Below are positions 1-9,792 of a DNA stretch of 64,000 nucleotides, in pieces. The DNA is taken from assembly GCF_030013595.1 (NCBI RefSeq), contig NZ_CP122768.1; one strand, given 5' to 3'. Position 1 is the first letter of the stretch. The number at the start of each line of letters is the position of its first letter. Origin of the DNA: Escherichia coli. GTDB taxonomy: Bacteria > Pseudomonadota > Gammaproteobacteria > Enterobacterales > Enterobacteriaceae. A model generated the notes under the pieces. The model was not told the DNA's origin and made no database searches. It worked only from the letters and a program-made list of their open reading frames with translations. The translations under genes and the position numbers were made by a program.

Positions 1-1520
1 CTATTTTGTGTGTTATCGTCAAAACTCAACACACCTCGTTTGTTTTCGGTGTTGAAAAGAGTAATGATGCGCCCATCAATAACACCAACAGAAGGTTTAA
101 TTAACGTGGCTTCCGGTGTATCGTGAACAGTCAGATTAACATAAACACTTTTACCAAATTCAACAATAACGTTATCAGTGTAACGCTGATATTTCACATA
201 AATGTCATAGTTATCACCGGATGTATTGACGGCAAATACATCAAAATCTTTGACGGTATTTCGACGATATGCAACTACGTTAAGTCCTTTAGGTCTATCG
301 TTACCACTACGGAGAAGAATTTCTACTACATCAACTTGGTCATATGCCGTAACGTTGTAACCATTACCACCATGAATACGGAAAAACACACTACGCCCGT
401 TTTGTGGAATTGTTGCGGTTGCCAATTTGAAATATGCAGATACGTTTTCGCTAGAATTGGGAACAGACATAACGACGTTTTTAACAAACATCTTATCAAC
501 TTCGGCTTTGGTGTATGCACCAATCTCGCCAGGAGTCGGCTTATCACCTTCGTGATACATCTTATAGCTAAAGTTCTTCTGTCCTTCTCTATCAAAACCA
601 TAGGTTTCAACACGAGATCCACCAGACGCATAACGGAAAGTAAATCCGCGACCGTGAGCTTTACCGGCAGAGTGAGGAACGTTAAGAGTTAGATCCATGA
701 GTCCATCTTGACCATTGGTACGGAAAGCACCAAAGTAGTTAAGATCTCTCGCTGTCTGGTCTTCCAAATAGTTAGCTGTTTTGGTTAACAGATACCCGCC
801 ATGCTTAGTGTTGGTATTCTTCTTGATGTAAAGAGCATCGTTACTACCTTCAATACCATCAATTCGACGGTTAGCGGCTGCGATCGCTGAATCAGTATCA
901 GTTTTGTTTTTGTCAACCTTTGCGTTAATAGCGGTATGGTTGCTATTCACCGTCCCTGTAAGGTTACTGATTTTAGTATCAACATCTTTCTTGTTGTCGG
1001 AAACGACCTTTTCAATCGCTGTTTTGTTAGCTGCAACCGTGCTAGTTAAGCTAGAAATTTTGTTATCTGCATCGGTTTTATTTGCAGTAACAGTTTTAGT
1101 CAAGTTGCTAACGTTGGTGTTAGTGGTATTAACTTTGTTGTTAATCGCGGTGTTATTGTCATTAACCGTCGTGGTTAAAGCTGCGATTTTATTGTCCGCA
1201 TCTCGTTTATTATTTGCTACAGTAGTTTCTATAGCTGATTTGTTAGATGCAACTGTCCCCGTAAGGTTATTGATCTTAGTATCAGCATCGGTTTTATTTG
1301 CCGCGATAGTCGCATCAGTAGTTTTCTTGTTATTGTCTACTTTTGTGTTTAAAGCATTATGACTTTCAGGAGAAACACTTACTTGAACTACTGCGTTATT
1401 TTTATCTTTGGTATAAATTACATGGTCTGCCATCTGAATAGCGATTTCACCGACCTGTAATTGTTCCGGCGTTGGCTTTTTACCAGCCGTCTGTGTGCGT
1501 TTAAATTGGATCGACTGCAT
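1..1520 (-). CDS. Tail fibre / tailspike-like protein, partial (3' end beyond window start); >500 aa in window
   Basis: Hand translation of minus strand from ATG at ~1518-1520 (SD GAGGTG upstream) is open to position 1: MQSIQFKRTQTAGKKPTPEQLQVGEIAIQ..., then ~29-aa periodic repeats (..NKTDADTKI.NLTGTV..), then Gly/aromatic-rich distal region. Not in ORF track because no stop in window. Confidence 0.6.
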   Translation of the reverse strand, partial: MQSIQFKRTQTAGKKPTPEQLQVGEIAIQMADHVIYTKDKNNAVVQVSVSPESHNALNTKVDNNKKTTDATIAANKTDADTKINNLTGTVASNKSAIETTVANNKRDADNKIAALTTTVNDNNTAINNKVNTTNTNVSNLTKTVTANKTDADNKISSLTSTVAANKTAIEKVVSDNKKDVDTKISNLTGTVNSNHTAINAKVDKNKTDTDSAIAAANRRIDGIEGSNDALYIKKNTNTKHGGYLLTKTANYLEDQTARDLNYFGAFRTNGQDGLMDLTLNVPHSAGKAHGRGFTFRYASGGSRVETYGFDREGQKNFSYKMYHEGDKPTPGEIGAYTKAEVDKMFVKNVVMSVPNSSENVSAYFKLATATIPQNGRSVFFRIHGGNGYNVTAYDQVDVVEILLRSGNDRPKGLNVVAYRRNTVKDFDVFAVNTSGDNYDIYVKYQRYTDNVIVEFGKSVYVNLTVHDTPEATLIKPSVGVIDGRIITLFNTENKRGVLSFDDNTQN

Positions 1521-1597
1521 CGAATCACCTCACTATAAAACAGGAATAAGGGAGGCGTTAACCTCCCAACGTTCATGTTTTATTTAGGTACGCAATC

Positions 1598-2431
1598 TTA
1601 ATACTCACCGAAATCGATCCGGTCCGTCTTAGCCACTGCGCCAATTTCGGCTGGCGTAGGCTTCTCGTTTGTTGTATAGACTTTAATCCATTCCGATTTT
1701 CCGTTGTCCTGAATATTTCGTACCCGCAAACGTGGAGCACCGGAAGTATTACACGTTAATTGCCATGCGCCATGCTCATTAGCTTGAAGATGAATTAACG
1801 ATGTATCAGCACCATAAGGGTTAGTGCTAGCCGTTCCTTTGTAGGTTACAAAGCGGTTTCCTGTCAGAGATTCACTATCAATAGGTCCGGTGAATGGGCT
1901 AACGCCTGAGCCTACGCCAAAATCCCCTTGTCGGATGAGTTTTCCCTCGGTCGCTATACCCCTTGCTAGAATCCCGCCATCTGGTTCAAGTTTAAATTCC
2001 AGTGTTACAGCTTTGTTATCACTACCACGGGTTTTATGTGATGTGACGTAAGCATCGAATATACAAAAGTACCCTGTGTTAGCAGCACTATAGCCAGAGT
2101 TCACAACATAGAACATACGGAAGCGTAAAGGTGTTTTATCCTCTACCGCTTTCATCAACATTGCTTGATGTTCGTCATCCAGAACACGGTTTAACGTGAG
2201 TGTCGTCGGTTCCAGTCTACGATAACCAGCAAGTTTCCCCGTAGCGTCCTGATCGTACTCTTCCAGAGTTTCAATCTCTGTGGATTCTGTTAGCGTAGGG
2301 AATGCTGCGACGTTCTCAATAGAACTAAAGCTAGGATCGAAAAAGTCGACCTGATTGTCTAGCTGGTTAGAGATCGACACTTCAACATGCGATCCCGTAA
2401 AAATATCTAAGTTATCTTGTGTAATATTCAT
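1598..2431 (-). CDS. Virion structural protein, 277 aa (putative tail protein)
   Basis: ORF track; ATG with AAGGGG SD; terminator-like hairpin downstream; C-terminal motif KPTPAEIGA echoes KPTPGEIGA in the tail-fibre ORF. Confidence 0.45.
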   Translation of the reverse strand: MNITQDNLDIFTGSHVEVSISNQLDNQVDFFDPSFSSIENVAAFPTLTESTEIETLEEYDQDATGKLAGYRRLEPTTLTLNRVLDDEHQAMLMKAVEDKTPLRFRMFYVVNSGYSAANTGYFCIFDAYVTSHKTRGSDNKAVTLEFKLEPDGGILARGIATEGKLIRQGDFGVGSGVSPFTGPIDSESLTGNRFVTYKGTASTNPYGADTSLIHLQANEHGAWQLTCNTSGAPRLRVRNIQDNGKSEWIKVYTTNEKPTPAEIGAVAKTDRIDFGEY

Positions 2432-2440
2432 TATTACCCC

Positions 2441-2911
2441 TTAAAAACGCGCTAGATAAGAAAATTTAAGGCTAAGTGTCCCAACGATACCCCCATCACT
2501 AGAATCATCGTCATAATCGGTATTAGAAGCTACTGGAGTGATATCTGAAATTGAGAAGCCCAAATCTTTAAAACGTGGGTTATCCGGCTGAATCTGGATT
2601 ATCTGGCAAATACCCTCATGAATTTTGGTTTCATGAATCTGAGAATACAATTGCATTTCGATAACGCATTCAGCTTGCATTGCATTACCGCCACGGACCC
2701 TATTGTAAGTCTCATTCATTCCGGTGATCCAACAAACCACGTCATCACTAAAGCCTTGCTGAGTTTGTTCTACGTTTAAAGCCAGACCTAAATCTTGTTC
2801 GATAATATCCTGCAAGGCGCGTTTGATTTTCAGTCTAGGCATATTATTAACGGTAGCGAGCATGTGTACCCCCTGCCAGAGTGATAAAGCAATCAGTTGT
2901 ATTGTCACCAT
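2441..2911 (-). CDS. Hypothetical virion morphogenesis/neck protein (156 aa as tracked; more likely ~140 aa from ATG at 2863)
   Basis: ORF track; internal ATG at 2861-2863 has a GGGGG SD, first ATG has none; sits in the head-tail module. Confidence 0.4.
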   Translation of the reverse strand: MVTIQLIALSLWQGVHMLATVNNMPRLKIKRALQDIIEQDLGLALNVEQTQQGFSDDVVCWITGMNETYNRVRGGNAMQAECVIEMQLYSQIHETKIHEGICQIIQIQPDNPRFKDLGFSISDITPVASNTDYDDDSSDGGIVGTLSLKFSYLARF

Positions 2912-3137
2912 TGCGCTTAACGTATTGAACTTTGAAACGCTGATTTTCTACAGTGACAATATCACCCTGCTTTAAGTCTCCCTCACGACAAAATAGAAAT
3001 TCTGTCTCTGTCATTACCCCTGATTCGTCGGTAGTAGTAATTTCATGATAAGCACGAATTGATTTACCACCTTCCACCGAAAATACAGGAGCACTTCGGA
3101 ACATTCTTGATAATTGTGATTCTGATAATTTGAACAT
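2847..3137 (-). CDS. Putative head-tail adaptor/joining protein, 96 aa
   Basis: ORF track; AAGGGGG SD; size and position immediately after capsid gene. Confidence 0.35.
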   Translation of the reverse strand: MFKLSESQLSRMFRSAPVFSVEGGKSIRAYHEITTTDESGVMTETEFLFCREGDLKQGDIVTVENQRFKVQYVKRNGDNTTDCFITLAGGTHARYR

Positions 3138-3165
3138 AGTTACCCCCTTTATGGAGTATTTACAT

Positions 3166-3194
3166 ACAAAAAAGCCCCACCGTTAGGCAGGGCT
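3166..3194 (-). terminator. Rho-independent terminator/attenuator after capsid gene
   Basis: Minus-sense hairpin AGCCCTGCCTAACGGTGGGGCT followed by T-run; same hairpin family recurs at 9845-9872 and 16351-16380. Confidence 0.5.
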
Positions 3195-3212
3195 AATTAT
3201 TATTTTGCTTTC

Positions 3213-3232
3213 GGTGGACGTCCCACCTTTTT
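3213..3232 (+). terminator. Plus-strand hairpin plus T-run (antisense terminator)
   Basis: GGTGGACGTCCCACC followed by TTTTT inside a minus-strand operon. Confidence 0.35.
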
Positions 3233-3286
3233 AGCTGTGGCTTTCGCCGTAACTACCGGAATTTCTTCCGGCAATTCTTCGTTATT

Positions 3287-5293
3287 TCACTCTTCGCCAA
3301 TTTTCAGAACTTTCAGAGCTTCCGGCTGTGCTACAACGTAGTCCAAATCTACAAAGATACGAGGCACTACCGCACCACGGTCACGGTATGTAGTTAGATC
3401 CATATCCAGTTCCAGACCGCCCCACTCACCGATGGTAATACCGGAGAAGTCACCCAGAACGATGTGGTCTGCCGGAATAACGCCAGAAGTAACTACTTCG
3501 TAACCAGCCAGTTTGCCGTTTTCGATGATATAACCGGAAACGCCGTTATCTTTCAGGGTAGATTCCAGTTCGGCAGCAGTTGCACCGCTCATTGCAAACT
3601 TGATCGCCTGAGCAGGAACGCCAGCGTCGGTCAGTGCTGCAATTTCTTTCAGGAAGTCTTTATAAGAGAAAGCAGCTTTCTTGGTAACGCGGCTAGCGTC
3701 TACCAGTTGCTTAACCAGACCAGCCGGACCACGAGCATTTTCTTTATCAGACAGAATCAGTTGTTCCAGTTTGATACGAACAGCTTTGTTAATGTGATCA
3801 GTGATCAGGGTAGCGATGCCCGGAACGGTTTTCAGCGACTGACGGCTGATCGGGTTGCCACCAGCAAAAGTTTTCGGAGACAGTTTCACGTTCGCAAATT
3901 CAGCTTTGCTTTCCGGTGCAGCACCGTTTTCATCAACGAAGCCGAAAGCGTCAACGCTGGAAGCGGTCATTTTTGGAATAGCGGTCGGGGAGTTCAAGCC
4001 ACTGTAAACAGTCACACCCAGACGACCCAGACACGAAGCAGGAAGCAGCATTTCGATGTAGGATTCAGTCATCAGTTTTTCGTCAGTGATAGCGGTCAGG
4101 TCGGCTTTGGTGTTACCAGCAGAAGCAGCACGCAGAGCAGCAGCCGGAACGAATACAGAGCCACCACGAGCAGCACGACCACGCTGCATAGTTGCAGTAG
4201 CAGCCATTGCGGAATATTCAGCTTCGTTAGCGCCGAGCACGTCGCCATCTACCAGGGAGCGGATTACGTTATTAAGATCGAAAGTTTTTTCCATGATTTG
4301 TTCCTTATTAATTTGTTCGTTATTACGTTGAGCATTGGTAATGTTATTTAGTGCCTTAGTGCGGAATGCTTCCGGCGTCATGTCTTTAATTGCCAATGCG
4401 CGTGCTAATTCAGAGTCATCAATATTTAGTTCGCGTGCAATTTCGCGAATTTCTAATTCGTCTTCTTCGGAACGTTCAGCCACTTCCTCGGTTTTTTCTT
4501 CTTCAACCGGAGCGGCTTCACGTTCTTCTTTTACTTCTTCTGTTTCCCGAACAGTTGAACTATCATCATCAACACTTTCAGGATGTTCAGCGTCTTTTCC
4601 GTCTTCGAGATTTTCATCTTCTTTATTCTCTTCAACTTGGCGCTCTTGAGTTTCTTCAACTTCCGGTTCTTTATTTTCTTCTACCGGAGTTTCTTCAACC
4701 TGAGCGGCTTCTTGTTCTTCTTTGATTTCTTCGATTTGTTCTTTAGTCATATCGCGTTTAGCCCCCAAATTAACTGTGATAGTATTTAGAGAGCGATTTA
4801 AACCGACCGTATCGTCTGCGGGCACCGACACCCATGAAATCTCGTGAGGAATCCATTTAGAAACAATGAGTTGCGATTTAGCGTAGTCGATGTGATATTC
4901 TTTAATGTCATAACCGACAGAAATTTTTTCCATCGTACCTTCAATGACTTTATTGCGAATATCATTAGCCAAAGTGCCATGCTTAGAGAATCTAACGGTC
5001 GCACGGCCTACGTTATCCGCATCGATTCGAGCGTTACAAACGACACCAATGTGATTATCGAAATTGTGATTGAACAGCAACGGAGCGTTATTATTCAGAC
5101 GAGACAGATCAACCGCTTCCGGTGTATGTACCAGAATTTCATCTAATACCACCATTTCTTGATTTTGCTCATCCCAAAATTGGCGCTGATAAGGCTGTGT
5201 ACTTGAGAAAGCAATTTCAAATTCGTATTGATCGTTATGCCCTTCATTAATAACTCCACCGTAACCGTTAAGATCGCGGCGAAATTTAAGCAT
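3287..5293 (-). CDS. Prohead protease / scaffold-like acidic linker / major capsid protein fusion (HK97-like), 668 aa
   Basis: ORF track; N-terminal ~170 aa protease-like (LLFNHNFDNHIGVV), central Glu/Lys-rich repeat segment, C-terminal ~370 aa capsid-like; SD AAAGGTGA. Confidence 0.7.
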   Translation of the reverse strand: MLKFRRDLNGYGGVINEGHNDQYEFEIAFSSTQPYQRQFWDEQNQEMVVLDEILVHTPEAVDLSRLNNNAPLLFNHNFDNHIGVVCNARIDADNVGRATVRFSKHGTLANDIRNKVIEGTMEKISVGYDIKEYHIDYAKSQLIVSKWIPHEISWVSVPADDTVGLNRSLNTITVNLGAKRDMTKEQIEEIKEEQEAAQVEETPVEENKEPEVEETQERQVEENKEDENLEDGKDAEHPESVDDDSSTVRETEEVKEEREAAPVEEEKTEEVAERSEEDELEIREIARELNIDDSELARALAIKDMTPEAFRTKALNNITNAQRNNEQINKEQIMEKTFDLNNVIRSLVDGDVLGANEAEYSAMAATATMQRGRAARGGSVFVPAAALRAASAGNTKADLTAITDEKLMTESYIEMLLPASCLGRLGVTVYSGLNSPTAIPKMTASSVDAFGFVDENGAAPESKAEFANVKLSPKTFAGGNPISRQSLKTVPGIATLITDHINKAVRIKLEQLILSDKENARGPAGLVKQLVDASRVTKKAAFSYKDFLKEIAALTDAGVPAQAIKFAMSGATAAELESTLKDNGVSGYIIENGKLAGYEVVTSGVIPADHIVLGDFSGITIGEWGGLELDMDLTTYRDRGAVVPRIFVDLDYVVAQPEALKVLKIGEE

Positions 5294-5338
5294 TTAATCA
5301 CCTTTAATTAATTGGGGGCATTGCGCCCCCGTTGGTTA

Positions 5339-6850
5339 TTAGGGATCGGCTGGGGAATTTTTTTCTTCACCCTCGCCATCAACGATAATATTTAGTGCGC
5401 TCTTTTCGGCTTGAATCTCTGAGAATACTTTTTCAGGATCATCACCACGTTCAAGAATAACGGCAGTACGTGATTTAAGTCCTTTATCAATTAAAGCAAT
5501 CTCGGCGCTTACGTCTTTAAATGGATCGACGGATTCAAAACGAGGACGAATAATAGTAGTGTTGTCGATAATATGCGGAATTGCAGTAATACGAATCGGA
5601 ACAATACCACGCGCGGAATAATGGCGTAGATATGCTTCGAAAATTGGCAATACCACTGTTTCAATCAATTTGTTTTGCAGTGCTTTAACTCGTGTGCGCT
5701 GGGTTAATTCACCGAAACGTGCGGCTGAGTAGTTGATCTGGCTAGTATCACCAGTCAAGCCCTGTTTAAACACGCCTAAGCCCATTGATACGCTAGTAAA
5801 CATCGCATCATTGAAGCTGTTAAAGTCATCACCGCTTTGCGTCGCCTGGATGCTCTTGATCGTTGCCCCTTCCGGCAATTCCTGAATAGTACCCGGTGCA
5901 AAATCCTGTACTACTTCCGGCGCTTGATATTGTTCATCCTCTTCACCAGTATCAAAATCGTCACCAGAATCTTTCGGACGTTCGATAAAGCCCATAGAAC
6001 TAGCCGCAATACGTTTCTGGACGATCGCAGTTTCGCGGAATGCGTCTTGATGTGCGATATCCTTAATCACTGGCAGGAAATCAGTCACACCACGCAGGGA
6101 TTCAGACGCAAGTGGTTGATAATAATGGAATACTTGCGAAGCATCGACGCGATAGTTATCACCTGTGTAAGTCTGAGTCAGTAGGTTGATTTTACGAAAC
6201 CAATATGCAACAGGGCGCATTGTTTCTACGTCATACTCGATCCCCTGATAGATAGCACGTTCTTTGCTTATTTCACGGTTTAGCGACCAGTCGCACTTAT
6301 CAGCAGACAGGATGGAAACATTTAACTCATTGTTTTCTTTGGTTAAAACGATGAAGCACTCACCACCCATAACGCGCTCACGTTCAGCCATTACCAGCAG
6401 TTCACGGAAGTTAAAGCGACCGTTACGAGAGAAGCGTTTAGCGTTCTGCGCCCACTTCCAGAAAGCATTCTCGATCTGCTTATTCAGTGCGCTATCAAGT
6501 TTGCCATTTGATTTAACGATTGACGGCTTCGGATCTAGGCCAGTACCTACCACCATATCGGTGATGTATTGCGTGTAGCGACTGCCAACGGAAGTGTTTA
6601 AGGCCAGAGTACGACCCTGATCATAAAGGCGCTCACCGTTCGATTTGAGAGCCTTATTGAAGGTTCCTGTAATGGTGTCTTGTTGAAGTGATCCATCAAT
6701 ACGATCACCAACCAGTCCTAAACTACGAGTCGCCAGAGATTTCTGGTATCTTTCTATAGATTTGTCGATGAAAATTTTTGGTTGTTGCTGGCGGTGATTA
6801 GTTTTAACTGGAGTTTCTACCGCCTTTTTGCGTCGAAAAAGATTAAACAT
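5339..6850 (-). CDS. Portal protein, 503 aa (family not determined)
   Basis: ORF track; size and position between terminase and protease-capsid gene; acidic C-terminus; AAGGGG SD. Confidence 0.6.
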   Translation of the reverse strand: MFNLFRRKKAVETPVKTNHRQQQPKIFIDKSIERYQKSLATRSLGLVGDRIDGSLQQDTITGTFNKALKSNGERLYDQGRTLALNTSVGSRYTQYITDMVVGTGLDPKPSIVKSNGKLDSALNKQIENAFWKWAQNAKRFSRNGRFNFRELLVMAERERVMGGECFIVLTKENNELNVSILSADKCDWSLNREISKERAIYQGIEYDVETMRPVAYWFRKINLLTQTYTGDNYRVDASQVFHYYQPLASESLRGVTDFLPVIKDIAHQDAFRETAIVQKRIAASSMGFIERPKDSGDDFDTGEEDEQYQAPEVVQDFAPGTIQELPEGATIKSIQATQSGDDFNSFNDAMFTSVSMGLGVFKQGLTGDTSQINYSAARFGELTQRTRVKALQNKLIETVVLPIFEAYLRHYSARGIVPIRITAIPHIIDNTTIIRPRFESVDPFKDVSAEIALIDKGLKSRTAVILERGDDPEKVFSEIQAEKSALNIIVDGEGEEKNSPADP

Positions 6851-6860
6851 GATTTACCCC

Positions 6861-7355
6861 TTATCGCGTAAGACGTAATTTGATATTTTTAATCGGACTA
6901 ATTCCCTGTTTACGTCGTTCGGCTTGAATTAATTTAGATAACTGACGTTCATAATCAGTCTTCAATTGCTGGAGAACACCCAATGACTCATAGGCGAAAG
7001 TATTCCCTTTCACGGTCATTTGAGATAATGCGGCTTCGTCCCCAGATAGCCTGGCGAAAATAACTTGCTCGATTACAGAAATCGTTTCGCGCAGATGTTC
7101 TTTTTTGGATTGTTTGGCGAATACTGGCAAAACAGTTAATTCCTGCATTGATACCAGTTCTTCATCAAGAGTAATAACAATGGTCATCTTCCCTTCTGGA
7201 AAGTCTAACGTTTTAATCTCGTGATTTTCCGGTGCATCATCGACCTGATAGACAATGCCTTTGCTATTACCTACCTGAATTGTTACACCCTCTTCATTCG
7301 CAAGCGTGACTTTTTCGCCTTTACGAATTACTAAGGGAATTAGTTCTAAACTCAT
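6861..7355 (-). CDS. Hypothetical head protein, 164 aa (occupies the gpW-like position between terL and portal)
   Basis: ORF track; AAGGGG SD; tightly spaced with neighbours. Confidence 0.35.
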   Translation of the reverse strand: MSLELIPLVIRKGEKVTLANEEGVTIQVGNSKGIVYQVDDAPENHEIKTLDFPEGKMTIVITLDEELVSMQELTVLPVFAKQSKKEHLRETISVIEQVIFARLSGDEAALSQMTVKGNTFAYESLGVLQQLKTDYERQLSKLIQAERRKQGISPIKNIKLRLTR

Positions 7356-7427
7356 AATTACCCCTTATTTAATTGTTATTGGATTAACAATATTTAGGAG
7401 TAAGCCGCCCCGAAGGACGGCGAGTTA

Positions 7428-9332
7428 TTAGAACGATGTTACCCAGCTACGGCCTCTATTTGGGCGTCTGACGATGTTTTGACGTTGTGGTCGTGTGATT
7501 GGCTTAGTTTCTTCGATTTGCTCGTCAGATTGCGATTTAGGAGCTTCTACAGGTTCTTCTGGTTCACGGTTCAAACTATCTTTGATGGCTTCGAGTTTTT
7601 CCCATGACATTTTATTGAGTACATGACGAGAAGCAGCATAGGAATAAGCCAGGCAGTCCAACGCTTCGTTTCGTGTTTGTCCAACTTTTACCCAACGTGT
7701 GGTATTACCCTGCCGTTTCAACTGTTCAGAAAGCAATTGCTCGCAATAGTCATCAGGAACGTCACCAATCTGGAAGACAGTGTGAGGATCGCCATCTCTC
7801 AAGTTCCGGTTAATCATTTCACGGATCATCGTTTTAAGGTTGTTTACGCCCAGAATTTTAAGGGTAAAACCACCCGTTCTTGTGTCTTTTACCGGAAGGA
7901 TTGGTGCATCAACATTGCTTGCGCCTTTAATGGCGGTTAGATTTTGCCACCGACTACAGAATCGATAGATCACGTTTGTAGCTCGTCCGTTCGATGAGTC
8001 CACGAAAGCAGATAACATCGGGATTCGTTCACCGGATCGGGTATAGAATTTAGCTTTCAGGAAGTTGTAAAGCTGGTTATATGCTGGTGATTCGTGGCGT
8101 TCGCAGTTCACATCATAGAATGATCGGTGATCAACTACGCATAGCCCTTTACGAGAAATACCCAGCAAGGTAGATTCCAGACGGTCTTTTTGCTGGTCAA
8201 CTCCACCTACCAGAGCCAGTACATCATCAGGAATATTGTCTAGGCTAATATCAGTTTTCAGCGTTTCTAATTCGTCGGCTGTGCGGTCTTCGTTAAGATC
8301 ATCGAAGGTTTCACCGAGGACTGTATTGTAGAACGTTGCCAGGGACATATTCGCGTAGCTATCAGCAAAGTCCACCACACACGCACGGATAGAACTAAAC
8401 GGAGACATAAGGCGGTTAGCATGAAAACCGATTACTTCCGCGTTTGGTTCGGTGGCGACCCATTCTCCCTGTCCAACAGCACGTAGGCGATCACCCTCGG
8501 TCCAATCGGTTTCACATTCAGGGCAACGGTAAACGGCTGTATCTGGGTTGGGTAATGATTTACCGTTAATCGTATGCCAATCGAAATGTACGTTACTCCA
8601 TTCCATTACGTGCTTGTGTCCGCAATGCTGGCAAACGACATGATATTTTCTCTTATCCGAGAGTTCCCATTGTTGGTTAATCGCCCCATCACGAGCGGTT
8701 GGAGTGGAAGCAATTACGATCCTTGCATCTTCCCCGAAAGTGGTTGCGCGTTGTTCCGCTAGTTGGATCGGGTTCCCTTCGTCTGACTCATCAGCCGCAT
8801 CAACTTCATCAAGAATAATCAAAGGGAGTGTTTTACCGCGAAGATGTGACGGACTATTCAACGACATGAAATACATAAACGATCCGTTACGAAGCTGAAT
8901 AATCGATGAGTTGTTAACGGCATTGCGATCTGATTTGTCGGTGATCATCGCCTTTAATTCTGGTGTTGCCTCTAATACTGGCTTCACCTTACCAGCGATC
9001 CAAGAATTTAGTTCTCTAACGTTACTTTGCAACACCCCAATATTAGTAGGGTTACTCGCGATCCGATGGAAGATAATTCCGTTAAGAATCATGGTCTTAC
9101 CCAACTGTGCCGAACATTTAAACACAATTTTTCTACGGTCTTCGGTGATCGCGTCCATCATTCCACGTTGGAAGGGATGCAATTTAATTAGCGATCCGGC
9201 TTTAACACCATCGGTTGCAACTACATTAGCCTCTACCCATTCGCTAGGTTTCATCGTTTTAGGTGGGCGAATTGCCGCAGAGATATTTTTAAGAATCTTT
9301 TTTAATTTTGCCTTGTTCGAAATCAGTTTCAT
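7428..9332 (-). CDS. Terminase large subunit, lambda GpA family, 634 aa
   Basis: ORF track; recalled lambda gpA similarity: ..HPFQRGMMDAI.. near N-terminus, Walker-A-like KCSAQLGKT, C-terminal RNEALDCLAYSYAA matching gpA RNEALDCFVYALAA. Confidence 0.85.
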   Translation of the reverse strand: MKLISNKAKLKKILKNISAAIRPPKTMKPSEWVEANVVATDGVKAGSLIKLHPFQRGMMDAITEDRRKIVFKCSAQLGKTMILNGIIFHRIASNPTNIGVLQSNVRELNSWIAGKVKPVLEATPELKAMITDKSDRNAVNNSSIIQLRNGSFMYFMSLNSPSHLRGKTLPLIILDEVDAADESDEGNPIQLAEQRATTFGEDARIVIASTPTARDGAINQQWELSDKRKYHVVCQHCGHKHVMEWSNVHFDWHTINGKSLPNPDTAVYRCPECETDWTEGDRLRAVGQGEWVATEPNAEVIGFHANRLMSPFSSIRACVVDFADSYANMSLATFYNTVLGETFDDLNEDRTADELETLKTDISLDNIPDDVLALVGGVDQQKDRLESTLLGISRKGLCVVDHRSFYDVNCERHESPAYNQLYNFLKAKFYTRSGERIPMLSAFVDSSNGRATNVIYRFCSRWQNLTAIKGASNVDAPILPVKDTRTGGFTLKILGVNNLKTMIREMINRNLRDGDPHTVFQIGDVPDDYCEQLLSEQLKRQGNTTRWVKVGQTRNEALDCLAYSYAASRHVLNKMSWEKLEAIKDSLNREPEEPVEAPKSQSDEQIEETKPITRPQRQNIVRRPNRGRSWVTSF

Positions 9333-9423
9333 GTAATTACCCTCATTACGAAATATGAAGGTATTTATTAAATTGTTGATATTTTGATAAATATGGGTAT
9401 TAAGGCAGAGTTCTTTATGTCGG

Positions 9424-9453
9424 TTGACGATGGAGAACTTTTTCCGATAAAAT
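9424..9453 (+). promoter_or_regulatory. Candidate sigma70 promoter for the 77-aa gene
   Basis: TTGACG, ~17 bp spacer, ATAAAA/TAAAAT about 45 bp upstream of the start codon. Confidence 0.4.
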
Positions 9454-9498
9454 GTAAGTCCTCTAAATAAAGGTGAACATTCACTTTAATTTGGAGAA

Positions 9499-9732
9499 AT
9501 GACTATGACTACTAAAGCTACTCGCGGTCGCCCTGCCCGTTATACTCGTGAACAGATGGCTGATATTGCCTACGCTTACTATACAGCGGATCGCGGGAAG
9601 GAAGCGAAAGAACAGATTCTTAGTGAACATGGGATTTCAGTAGCCCAATTCTATAAGAATATGAAGAAGTTAGACATTAAATTCTATGTTCAGATCGATG
9701 ACGGTCAGATCGTAGAAGCAACAGGTTTTTGA
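9499..9732 (+). CDS. Small putative DNA-binding protein, 77 aa (paralog of 13446..13628)
   Basis: ORF track; N-terminal RGRPARYTRE motif shared with the second small protein (ARPVKFTRE); own promoter and terminator. Confidence 0.45.
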   Translation: MTMTTKATRGRPARYTREQMADIAYAYYTADRGKEAKEQILSEHGISVAQFYKNMKKLDIKFYVQIDDGQIVEATGF

Positions 9733-9740
9733 TTCTCTTT

Positions 9741-9764
9741 GCCACTCTTCGGAGTGGCTTTTTT
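9741..9764 (+). terminator. Rho-independent terminator of the 77-aa gene
   Basis: GCCACTCTTCGGAGTGGC followed by TTTTTT. Confidence 0.6.
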
Positions 9765-9792
9765 GTATCTAAGTTATTGATTTTCTCGAACT

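Noticed and set aside
123-1362. Plus-strand ORFs 123..692 and 904..1362
   Set aside because: Antisense shadows of the minus-strand tail-fibre gene; low-complexity translation driven by the repeat region.
3464-5146. Plus- and minus-strand ORFs nested in the protease-capsid gene (3464..4351, 4086..4331, 4335..4649, 4390..4725, 4583..4789, 4798..5004, 4844..5146)
   Set aside because: Overlap a well-supported long gene; Ser/Leu-rich or low-complexity translations typical of shadows over a repetitive region.
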